A DNA stretch of 15,865 bases from Promethearchaeota archaeon (lineage in GTDB: Archaea; Asgardarchaeota; Lokiarchaeia; Sigyniarchaeales; SOKP01), in NCBI GenBank assembly GCA_048938005.1, contig JBHLMQ010000064.1, positions 1-15,865 of the forward strand. Reading direction: 5' to 3'. The position numbers were made by a program, and so were the translations under genes. Of this stretch, positions 1-7,826 are shown piece by piece (positions within the stretch are counted from its first letter, which is position 1; the number at the start of each line of letters is the position of its first letter). The notes beneath the pieces were generated by a model. That model was not told the origin of the DNA. It worked only from the letters and a program-made list of their open reading frames with translations, and searched no databases.

Positions 1-930
1 ATCGTCATCATTCGGATCTGTTAAATAGGTGGTCACTTCTTCCCCATCTGTTAGGCCATCATCATCGGAATCGTCATTGTTCGGATCTGTTAAATAGGTG
101 GTCACTTCTTCCCCATCTGTTAGACCATCATCATCGGAATCGTCATCATTTGGATCAGTACCATTGCTATATTCATCTAGGTTTGAAAGTTCATCGCCAT
201 CTGGATCGCCATCAGAATCATCAGCCAGTGGATCTAACCCATTTAATATTTCCCATCCATCAGGCATACCATCATCTTCCGAATCATCATCGTTCGGATC
301 TGTTAAATAGGTGGTCACTTCTTCCCCATCTGTTAGACCATCATCATCGGAATCATCATCGTTTGGATCTGTTAAATAGGTGGTCACTTCTTCCCCATCT
401 GTTAGGCTATCATCATCGGAATCATCATCGTTTGGATCTGTTAAATAGGTGGTCACTTCTTCCCCATCTGTTAAGCCATCATCATCGGAATCGTCATCGT
501 TCGGATCTGTTAAATAGGTGGTCACTTCTTGTCCATCTGTTAAGCCATCATCATCAGAATCGTCATCGTTTGGATCTGTTAAATAGGTGGCCACTTCTTG
601 TCCATCTGTTAAACCATCATCATCAGAATCGTCATCGTTTGGATCTGTTAAATAGGTGATCACTTCTTCCCCATCTGTTAGGCCATCATCATCGGAATCG
701 TCATCGTTCGGATCTGTTAAATAGGTGGTCACTTCTTCCCCATCTGTTAAACCATCATCATCAGAATCATCATCGTTTGGATCTGTGCCATTATTATATT
801 CCTCCAGGTTTGAAAGTCCATCGCTATCTTGATCTCCTCCTGAATCACTAATTAACGGGTCAAATCCATGTGTAATTTCCCAACCATCAGGCATACCGTC
901 ATCATCAGAATCAGAATCGTTTGGATCTGT
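1..930 (-). repeat. Coding tandem repeat: 69-bp (23-aa DPNDDDSDDDGLTDGEEVTTYLT) units punctuated by 144-bp (48-aa) units; TSP3-like DxDxDG calcium-binding repeats
   Basis: The anchor ggatc recurs at 14, 83, 152, 296, 365, 434, 503, 572, 641, 710, 779 and 923. Spacing is 69 bp except for two 144-bp intervals (152-296 and 779-923). Confidence 0.95.
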
Positions 931-3210
931 GCTATATTGATTCTCCGAGTATTGTGATAGCATATCAAAATCTATATCAATTATTTGATGGTTTCTGTGA
1001 CCAAAAAATGAATAATCTCCATATATTCCCTGCCATTCTATTCTTTTACCAGAATTACTTGTTTCTATGGTATACACTCCGTTATCATTACCAGCATCTC
1101 CACCTGTTACAACAACTTCAAGATCAGAATCGCCATTCAAATCACCAAGTGCAATCCCCACAGGAAGGGCGTCTATCTGATATATCCATGAAATAAGTCC
1201 GTTCTCACCGTTCAAAGCATAAATCTTGTTATCTTTACCTCCTATAACCACCTCCACTTTACCATCACCATCTACATCCCCTAATGATGGATCAGTATTT
1301 AGAGAATTTTCATAAGTCCATAAAACACTTCCATCTTCTCCATTTAAAGCAAATAGGGTTCCCATACCAAGTATTACTACTTCTAGATTCCCATCACCAT
1401 TTATATCACCAACTGCAGGGCTAGAATAAAAACCAAAATAAGGGCCTGCTCCTTCATAAACCCATAATATGCTCCCGTCTTCACCATCTAATACATAGAT
1501 AGTTCTATCACTGCTTCCCACCACCACTTCGAGTTTACCATCTTTATTTAAATCAGCCAGGAGGGGAGAAGAATATATAGAATCTCCTGTTTGAAAAACC
1601 CATAATAAGCTTCCATCTTCACCATTTAATGCATATACATACTGATCAAGAGACCCGACTACTGCTTCAAATTTTCCATCATTATCTATATCTCCTAAAG
1701 CTGGAGAACCCCATATTTCATCTCCTGTTTGATAAGTCCATGTTGTAGTATCAGCTTCGCAATTAAAAGAATATATATTGTGATCATCAGATCCTACAAC
1801 CGCTTCAAGATTTCCATCTCCATCTATATCTCCTAATGCTGGAATACCCCTAACAACACCTCCCACATCATATACTCTTATAAAATTTCCATCCTCAGCA
1901 TCCAATTGATAAAGTAATCCATTAATCTCCGCTATAAGAATTTCAAGCTTGCCATCATTATCCATATCTCCCAATACTGGGGATGAAAAAACCCAATCAT
2001 AGGTATAGATATCCCAAAGTGTAGTTCCATCTTCCCCATTTAAAGCAAGAATACAATAACTCCCACCTAATTTCCCAAAGACGACTTCTAACTTACCATC
2101 CATATCTATATCTGCTAATGCTGGAGAACCAACTATATCATAGAAGTATTGCGAAGTTTTCCATAATAATCTTGGGACTATTATCTTTGAGAGATCAGCA
2201 ATTGCTAATCCCGAATTATAATCTGCTATATATGCATAATCTCCACTCACATAAACACTACGTGCACTTCCAATCGTATCCTCATATACAGGAATTCCTG
2301 GATTTGTTGGGTTAGAAATGTCAATGACAGCCAACCCATAATCATAATCCGCGACATAAGCACAATCCCCACTTACATAAACTCCAGTTGCATACCCCTT
2401 TGTATCCTCATAAATTGGAGTTCCAGGATTCGTTGGGTCAGAAACATTAATGATTGCTAAACCACTAAGATCATTCGCTACATAGGCGTAGTTTCCACTC
2501 ACACGAACTTCTGTTGCATAGTCAGGAGTACTACGATACAATGGAGTTCCTGGATTCATTGGGTCGGAAACATCAATGATTGCTATTCCCGAAGTATACG
2601 TAGCTACATAAGCATACCCCCCACTCACGTATACATCCCATCCATAACCATTCGTATCTCTATATATAGGATCTCCTGGGGTTGTAGGATCAGAAACATC
2701 AATAATGGCTAAACCTGAAGTAGAAACTGCTACGTAAGCATACCCTCCGCTTACGTAGACGCCTAATGCTTGCGCATTTGTATCTTTATATACAGGATTT
2801 CCTGGGTTTGTAGGATCAGAAACATCAATAATAGCTAAACCTGAATAGGAAACCGCTATATAAGCATATCCTCCACTTACGAAAATATCCCCTGCAAATC
2901 CATTGGTATCCCTATAAATAGGAACTCCAGGGTTTATAGGATCAGAAATGTTGACGATGGCTAGTCCAGAATTTCCATCAGCAACATAGGCATAATTTCC
3001 ACTTACAAATACATCCACTGCAACCCCTGTAGTATTTTGGTAATATATAGAAGATTTTTTAAGCTCTTGTGGTATATTATTTACATCTACATGAATATTA
3101 TTAGAGAAATCAAATTTATTAATCAATAAGTTTGAGTTTAGAAGAAAAGGAAAGTTAATGATTAAAAGCCCTAATAAGAGTATTAAATATACTTTTTTCA
3201 AATTTTTCAC
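1..3210 (-). CDS. Large secreted/cell-surface repeat protein (signal peptide + LVIVD beta-propeller + FG-GAP/PQQ-like beta-propeller + TSP3-like Ca2+-binding repeats); 3' end beyond the window
   Basis: Manual minus-strand translation from GTG at 3210 (MKNLKKVYLILLLGLLIINFPFLLNS..., basic then hydrophobic N-terminus) stays open to base 1, giving 1070 codons. It contains 7 x 'VSGxYAYVA...GLAIIDVSDP' units, 8 x 'P(A/V)LGD(I/L)DxDGKLEVV' units and 'DPNDDDSDDDGLTDGEEVTTYLT' repeats. The start codon choice is inferred. Confidence 0.93.
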   Translation of the reverse strand, partial: MKNLKKVYLILLLGLLIINFPFLLNSNLLINKFDFSNNIHVDVNNIPQELKKSSIYYQNTTGVAVDVFVSGNYAYVADGNSGLAIVNISDPINPGVPIYRDTNGFAGDIFVSGGYAYIAVSYSGLAIIDVSDPTNPGNPVYKDTNAQALGVYVSGGYAYVAVSTSGLAIIDVSDPTTPGDPIYRDTNGYGWDVYVSGGYAYVATYTSGIAIIDVSDPMNPGTPLYRSTPDYATEVRVSGNYAYVANDLSGLAIINVSDPTNPGTPIYEDTKGYATGVYVSGDCAYVADYDYGLAVIDISNPTNPGIPVYEDTIGSARSVYVSGDYAYIADYNSGLAIADLSKIIVPRLLWKTSQYFYDIVGSPALADIDMDGKLEVVFGKLGGSYCILALNGEDGTTLWDIYTYDWVFSSPVLGDMDNDGKLEILIAEINGLLYQLDAEDGNFIRVYDVGGVVRGIPALGDIDGDGNLEAVVGSDDHNIYSFNCEADTTTWTYQTGDEIWGSPALGDIDNDGKFEAVVGSLDQYVYALNGEDGSLLWVFQTGDSIYSSPLLADLNKDGKLEVVVGSSDRTIYVLDGEDGSILWVYEGAGPYFGFYSSPAVGDINGDGNLEVVILGMGTLFALNGEDGSVLWTYENSLNTDPSLGDVDGDGKVEVVIGGKDNKIYALNGENGLISWIYQIDALPVGIALGDLNGDSDLEVVVTGGDAGNDNGVYTIETSNSGKRIEWQGIYGDYSFFGHRNHQIIDIDFDMLSQYSENQYSTDPNDSDSDDDGMPDGWEITHGFDPLISDSGGDQDSDGLSNLEEYNNGTDPNDDDSDDDGLTDGEEVTTYLTDPNDDDSDDDGLTDGEEVITYLTDPNDDDSDDDGLTDGQEVATYLTDPNDDDSDDDGLTDGQEVTTYLTDPNDDDSDDDGLTDGEEVTTYLTDPNDDDSDDDSLTDGEEVTTYLTDPNDDDSDDDGLTDGEEVTTYLTDPNDDDSEDDGMPDGWEILNGLDPLADDSDGDPDGDELSNLDEYSNGTDPNDDDSDDDGLTDGEEVTTYLTDPNNDDSDDDGLTDGEEVTTYLTDPNDDD
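1060..2170 (-). repeat. Eight FG-GAP-like / PQQ-like beta-propeller blades within the surface protein
   Basis: LADIDMDGKLEV, LGDMDNDGKLEI, LGDIDGDGNLEA, LGDIDNDGKFEA, LADLNKDGKLEV, VGDINGDGNLEV, LGDVDGDGKVEV and LGDLNGDSDLEV; most are followed by an ALNGEDGS(L/V)LW-type motif. Confidence 0.85.
2190..3045 (-). repeat. Seven LVIVD repeats (42-aa / 126-bp period) within the surface protein
   Basis: GNYAYVAD, GGYAYIAV, GGYAYVAV, GGYAYVAT, GNYAYVAN, GDCAYVAD and GDYAYIAD, each followed by a GLAIIDVSDP-like sequence at 126-bp spacing. Confidence 0.9.
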
Positions 3211-3383
3211 TTTTTTTTACATTATTTTTTATTAGATTTTGACAACTAGCAATTTATTCACTTAATTATTAAATCAATAAGGAATGATTTTTTACAATTT
3301 TATAAAAATGCTTATATTAGGTTGTATATAATAAAATATTGGAGGATTCAGATATCTCAAAAATGCTAAAGTAAATCCAAAAA
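3211..3383. promoter_or_regulatory. Divergent AT-rich promoter region between the surface protein and the wHTH regulator
   Basis: 173-bp head-to-head intergenic region with TATA-like boxes (e.g. tttataaa around 3298-3305). Exact promoter elements cannot be assigned. Confidence 0.45.
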
Positions 3384-4166
3384 ATGTCAACTGAAAAACA
3401 AATAACTATTATGAATCAAGCATCAATTGTTTCTAACATTAGTTTAAAGCACCCGAATGTTCAGAGAGTAATAAAAATTGCCGAAGAGATCGTTTCAGAA
3501 GATAAGATTTTATCTTTAGAAAATTTATATTATAAGGCAAAACGAAGGTTAAAAATTCCCCGTAAAGGGTTGAGGTTCATAATCCAGTATTTAGTCAATA
3601 AAAAGGTGTTGGTTGACCAATCAAAATTTACCCGACATTCAATTTTAGAACATCCTCTTAGAAAGTCAATTTATTATTTTATAAAGGATAATTTGGGTGT
3701 TCATTTATCTACTATTCGAAACTATTTCCATTCTGAAAATACGGGAACAGGGCAACTACTTTGGCATTTAGATATGCTATTAAAATTTAATTACATAAAA
3801 TCCATAAAAATGAAGAAATATTTAATATTTCTTCCCCGAGAGATTGATGATGAATCTGGGATCATCTATTTCTTGCTTAGAGATGAATTAAACTTTAGAA
3901 TTGTTCAATTATTATTAAAAAAAAAAGAATTAAAAAGATCAGATATCTATAAGAAGCTAGCAGAATCCCGTGAATTAGTATATTATCATCTAAATAATCT
4001 AATAGATGATAAGTTGATTAAAATTAAAGAAGATAAATATGTCTATATTAACCCTAAAAAAGTTTTATTTTGTGTTCCAATATATTCCATGAAGTTTTAT
4101 GAAGACACCCAAGATGCTTTGGAATTCAGGGATGGAAAAAAAATGTCTGATAAAACTCAAGAATAG
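3384..4166 (+). CDS. Winged helix-turn-helix transcriptional regulator (tandem wHTH, ArsR-like C-terminal domain)
   Basis: 260 aa, basic. The segments LEHPLRKSIYYFIKDNLGVHLSTIR...GQLLWHLDMLLKFNYIK and LRDELNFRIVQLL...RELVYYHLNNLIDDKLI match the archaeal tandem wHTH pattern. The N-terminal ~60 aa may be a third wHTH. Confidence 0.8.
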   Translation: MSTEKQITIMNQASIVSNISLKHPNVQRVIKIAEEIVSEDKILSLENLYYKAKRRLKIPRKGLRFIIQYLVNKKVLVDQSKFTRHSILEHPLRKSIYYFIKDNLGVHLSTIRNYFHSENTGTGQLLWHLDMLLKFNYIKSIKMKKYLIFLPREIDDESGIIYFLLRDELNFRIVQLLLKKKELKRSDIYKKLAESRELVYYHLNNLIDDKLIKIKEDKYVYINPKKVLFCVPIYSMKFYEDTQDALEFRDGKKMSDKTQE

Positions 4167-4171
4167 AATAA

Positions 4172-4190
4172 TTTTTTTCTTTTTTCTTTC
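4172..4190 (+). terminator. Oligo-T archaeal-type terminator after the wHTH gene
   Basis: T-rich tract (T runs interrupted by single C) starting 6 nt after the TAG stop at 4164-4166. Confidence 0.5.
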
Positions 4191-4272
4191 TATGATTTAC
4201 TGGGTGATAACCATCTCACAAGCGATAGGAATACAATGCTTTCATCCTTCATTTAAAGAAAAAGGGGGAGAT

Positions 4273-4479
4273 ATGATATTAAACAATGGTCTTTTTATTA
4301 TTCTTAATATTACTACATTTATTATCAGTTTATATCTTTTATTTGCAGTAATTTTACCTCTAGGTCCTCCATCTGAAGTTTTGATGGTCTATCTAGCATT
4401 ACCTCCATTATTTATTGGAATAGGAACCGTAACTCCATTGATATATTTTGGAATTAAAAAATTGAGTAAGATTGAATAA
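4273..4479 (+). CDS. Small two-TM-helix membrane protein (68 aa), hypothetical
   Basis: Same frame as track ORF 4099..4479, but ATG 4273 follows a purine-rich GGGGGAG motif and lies downstream of the wHTH terminator. Two hydrophobic segments are linked by GPPSE, with a basic tail. Confidence 0.6.
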   Translation: MILNNGLFIILNITTFIISLYLLFAVILPLGPPSEVLMVYLALPPLFIGIGTVTPLIYFGIKKLSKIE

Positions 4480-4494
4480 CTTACCAAAAAATAA

Positions 4495-6312
4495 TTATTT
4501 TATATAACTTCCAAATTGATCAAGTTTTCTTAATTGTTCTGAATTGAAAATAGGTCCATCTTTACAAACAGATACATCATTATTTTCACCAATACAACAT
4601 GAACCGCATAATCCTACACCACATTTCATTTTCCTTTCAAGTGATGCCTGTATTTCAATATTATTTGAATCAGCGATCTCAAGTACCCGCTTCATCATTA
4701 CTTCTGGACCGCACGTTATAATTAGGTCAATATTATTCTCTACTAATATATCTTCAATAGTATCAGTAACAAAGCATTTTTTCCCAACTGATCCATCATC
4801 TGTACTACACATCGTATTAGGAATAAGATCAATTAATCTATCACCAAATATCAATGATGCTTCATCTTTTGCGCCTATTGTGACAATCATGTTTTTCTTA
4901 TTTAATTTTAAAGGTTTAATTAGTGATGTTAGAGCAGCAATTCCCATACCACCACCAACTATAAGAATATTGGATGCATCTTCGTAATCCCAAGAATTCC
5001 CGAAAGGACCTCTAATACCAATATTATCGCCTTCATTCAGTTCAAATAATTTAGTGGTACCTTCACCTATTTTTTGTACAGTAATTTCAATAAGATTGCC
5101 ATCTATATTTGAGATAGACATTGGCAAAAAATCAATATCTGGAAGCCACAAGATCACGAACATTCCTGGTCTATATGCTCTTGCAATTCTTTCGTTCCTA
5201 ACAATGAAACTTTTAATTTCTGCGGAATGTTCTATTATAGATTCTATTTTTACTAAATCTGTTTTATATCGAGTAATATTTAAAACCATTTCCTCATTAT
5301 CTTTTGTTAAATCCTTTTGTTCTAGAATCCCCTTTTCAAGTGCTAAATCGTAAATTTCCTTTCCTCGTTCTGTTCTAACTATTAATGTCCTCCACCCCTC
5401 TTCACTCCCTATATTTCCTACGGAGATATCTGCAAATGATGCTGTATAATCAGAACATGAAAAACAAGCATTTCGAATAGCTTTATCATAAATAAAATTA
5501 AGTGGAATTTCTTTAGGAGAATTGTTAGTAATAATTTTCATTTTAAAGTTACTTTTTTCAGTGGTAATTTTAGAAATCTCATTAGAATTTATATCATATT
5601 GTTTAAAACATTCAGATAACAACTGATTATGATATGTCCCAAAGCAAAAAGTTCCAATTGACAATGTTACTAGATCAAATGCTTCAAAATCAAATCTTGG
5701 ATGATATTGCATTTTTCTAAGAGCTTGTATTTGACAAGGTGTACCAATTACAGCAATATCAGCAAATTCTTTATTTATTGCATCACCTATTAAAGAAAGA
5801 GTTGGACTTTGACTTGGTTTATATCCAACACTTTTGTATAATTCCTGTTGATTTATAGCAATTACAGGGAACGGTCTAAATTCTTCATCTTTATCAGTGA
5901 CTATAGCCGCATCAATCATTTTTGCTTCTAGAGCTATAGATAATAATGCAGTTATAGGCCCAGTTTCCATTGGGAGCTTGCCTTTAGCTTTATCAGTTAA
6001 TTTAACTGACACTATCCTAATATAATGCCCTAAAATTTTATCCTGTTTTTTACCAAATACCCATTTGTCTAACAATGATAGAGATATTTGATCTAATCCA
6101 GTTTTTGGACATAAATTATAACATAAACCGAATCCATCTCGACATGTACTCAAATCTTTACAAGATCCATCCTCAATAGGTATTTCTTTATCATAATCAA
6201 ACCTAATATTCGCACAAAATGCTCCACATGCCCCACAGTACAAACATTTACCAGTTTTAATTATTTCCGAATCTAATTCTTGCCAGCCTTTTTTAATTTT
6301 ATCAATATACAT
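4495..6312 (-). CDS. pyrK: Fusion protein: N-terminal ferredoxin + FrhB/FdhB/FpoF-type F420-binding domain joined to a C-terminal PyrK-type (dihydroorotate dehydrogenase electron transfer subunit; FAD/NAD/[2Fe-2S]) domain
   Basis: N half: CLYCGACGAFC, GLCYNLCP, VIGTPCQIQALRK, IGTFC, CFSCSDYTASFADISVG and LIVRTERG (FrhB family). C half, from about 5255: RPGMFVILW, IRGPFGN, VGGGMGIA, CGPEVMM, SLERKMKCGVGLCGSC and VCKDGPIF (PyrK/FNR family). Confidence 0.88.
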   Translation of the reverse strand: MYIDKIKKGWQELDSEIIKTGKCLYCGACGAFCANIRFDYDKEIPIEDGSCKDLSTCRDGFGLCYNLCPKTGLDQISLSLLDKWVFGKKQDKILGHYIRIVSVKLTDKAKGKLPMETGPITALLSIALEAKMIDAAIVTDKDEEFRPFPVIAINQQELYKSVGYKPSQSPTLSLIGDAINKEFADIAVIGTPCQIQALRKMQYHPRFDFEAFDLVTLSIGTFCFGTYHNQLLSECFKQYDINSNEISKITTEKSNFKMKIITNNSPKEIPLNFIYDKAIRNACFSCSDYTASFADISVGNIGSEEGWRTLIVRTERGKEIYDLALEKGILEQKDLTKDNEEMVLNITRYKTDLVKIESIIEHSAEIKSFIVRNERIARAYRPGMFVILWLPDIDFLPMSISNIDGNLIEITVQKIGEGTTKLFELNEGDNIGIRGPFGNSWDYEDASNILIVGGGMGIAALTSLIKPLKLNKKNMIVTIGAKDEASLIFGDRLIDLIPNTMCSTDDGSVGKKCFVTDTIEDILVENNIDLIITCGPEVMMKRVLEIADSNNIEIQASLERKMKCGVGLCGSCCIGENNDVSVCKDGPIFNSEQLRKLDQFGSYIK

Positions 6313-6906
6313 TTAATTTCCCTCCTGGAGTTGCTCCATGAATTCTTGAGCTTCTTTTTTTCCAAGTTCGAATGCTTCTAGATTTTTTTCCAAAGTAGAA
6401 CTAGGTACAAATTTTTTAATTGTTTGAATTGCAGATTCTTCAGAAATGATTCCAGAAAGGATTGAAAATGCCCCAAATAAGATTGAGTTACCATATACTA
6501 TGTTTCCGAATTTTTCAACAGCTAATTTCTGAACAGGAATGCTTAAAGATTTTAAGCTTTTTGCAGATTTGAACTCTCTAATAGTTGATGGATCCCATAT
6601 TAAAAAACCTGTATTATTGTCTTGCTTTAAATCACCTTTTTTGACCCCATCCGCAGATGCTTGAGATAATATGATTAAGAAATCATATGGTTTTAATGCT
6701 TTAGGATAATCTATTATTTTTACATTTTTATCTAAATCAACAACGACTTCTGCCCAACATCTACCACCCCGTGCTTCTGCTGAATATGCTTCAGTTTGAG
6801 TGGCTGCTAAATTCTCATACAGTGCACTTGCAGTAATAATCATCTTACTGAGAGTTATAACACCTTGTCCTCCAAAACCAGAGATACGTATTTCAAATCT
6901 AGCCAT
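6313..6906 (-). CDS. korC: 2-oxoacid:ferredoxin oxidoreductase gamma subunit
   Basis: EIRISGFGGQGVI, YSAEARGG, NSILFGAF and NLEAFELG motifs; follows the beta subunit. The symbol reflects family and gene order; the substrate is unproven. Confidence 0.9.
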   Translation of the reverse strand: MARFEIRISGFGGQGVITLSKMIITASALYENLAATQTEAYSAEARGGRCWAEVVVDLDKNVKIIDYPKALKPYDFLIILSQASADGVKKGDLKQDNNTGFLIWDPSTIREFKSAKSLKSLSIPVQKLAVEKFGNIVYGNSILFGAFSILSGIISEESAIQTIKKFVPSSTLEKNLEAFELGKKEAQEFMEQLQEGN

Positions 6907-6908
6907 CT

Positions 6909-7826
6909 TTACTTGCCCTCTAATGCAATATTCTGAATTTTAGCATATTGTTCTGAATATTCTGGTTTATCGGGGTCGTATCTGAATTCTCCAATAACAT
7001 ATTTATTAAATAGTTCATCATTAGTCATGAATTTGGCACGATTTATCCTTACGCAATTTCTTTTTATCCAATCTATCATGATTCCTGTATTGTCCATTAT
7101 TTCACCTTCTTCTCCCATATCTTCCGTTCCTAGACTATCTAAATTTTTTCTTCCAAAATATGTAACACAGGGAATAATTACTTCAATAACAGAAGTTCCT
7201 TTATGCCTTAATGCTTTTTTAAAATATTTCATTAAAGTTCGAGGATGGGCAACCGTAGTTCTTGCCACATAGGTTGCTCCAGCAGCAAGAGCAAGGTTCA
7301 CACCGTCACTTCTACTTTCAAACATTTTATACGGTGTTGTTGAACTAATTGCTCCATATAAAGTTGTTGGTGCGCTTTGTCCTCCAGTCATAGCATAAAT
7401 ACTATTATTAAACACTAATATGACACAATCTATGTTTCTTCGACAGATATGAATAAAATGATTTCCACCAATTCCTAAAGCATCTCCATCCCCAGAAAAT
7501 ACTATAGGTTTCATTTTAGGATTTGCCATTTTCATACCGGTTGCCATTGCTGGTGCTCTACCATGAAGTGCTAGAAATTTCTGTGAAGCGTGATGTACCA
7601 ATAATAATAATTGACTATAACAACCTATACCAATTATTACAGGATATAATTTAGGATCTAATTTTTCATCTTCAAAAACACGAGTGAATAGATGTCCTAT
7701 TATTCCATAGCCACATCCTGCACAGAATCTAGATGAATATGTGCCCAATAAATGTCCTCCCAAAGAATGCATTACGTAAGGATGCTCTAATTTTTCTTTT
7801 GGATACCTAGGTCCTAACCCTGACAT
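6909..7826 (-). CDS. korB: 2-oxoacid:ferredoxin oxidoreductase beta subunit (TPP-binding)
   Basis: FCAGCG, GIGC, LHGRAPAMATG, SGDGDALGIGGNH...NNSIYAMTGGQ and PCVT motifs; GGAGGT SD and TAATG overlap with the alpha subunit. Confidence 0.92.
   Translation of the reverse strand: MSGLGPRYPKEKLEHPYVMHSLGGHLLGTYSSRFCAGCGYGIIGHLFTRVFEDEKLDPKLYPVIIGIGCYSQLLLLVHHASQKFLALHGRAPAMATGMKMANPKMKPIVFSGDGDALGIGGNHFIHICRRNIDCVILVFNNSIYAMTGGQSAPTTLYGAISSTTPYKMFESRSDGVNLALAAGATYVARTTVAHPRTLMKYFKKALRHKGTSVIEVIIPCVTYFGRKNLDSLGTEDMGEEGEIMDNTGIMIDWIKRNCVRINRAKFMTNDELFNKYVIGEFRYDPDKPEYSEQYAKIQNIALEGK

Noticed and set aside
98-659. + strand ORFs 98..310 and 150..659 (Ser-rich and His-rich repeats)
   Set aside because: Antisense shadows of the Asp-rich minus-strand repeats (GAT reads as atc/tca/cat).
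1-790. 69-bp repeats as a CRISPR array or non-coding satellite
   Set aside because: The units are contiguous with no unique spacers, their length is a multiple of 3, variation is mostly synonymous on the minus strand, and no cas genes are present.
921-2315. + strand ORFs 921..1196 and 2118..2315
   Set aside because: They lie antisense within the long, motif-rich minus-strand CDS and have no recognisable features.
1-3210. Diversity-generating retroelement target/template pair
   Set aside because: No reverse transcriptase in the window, and differences between repeats are not adenine-specific.
4099-4272. N-terminal extension of the 126-aa ORF
   Set aside because: It overlaps the wHTH gene and its oligo-T tract (the FFFFL run comes from the terminator); ATG 4273 is better supported.
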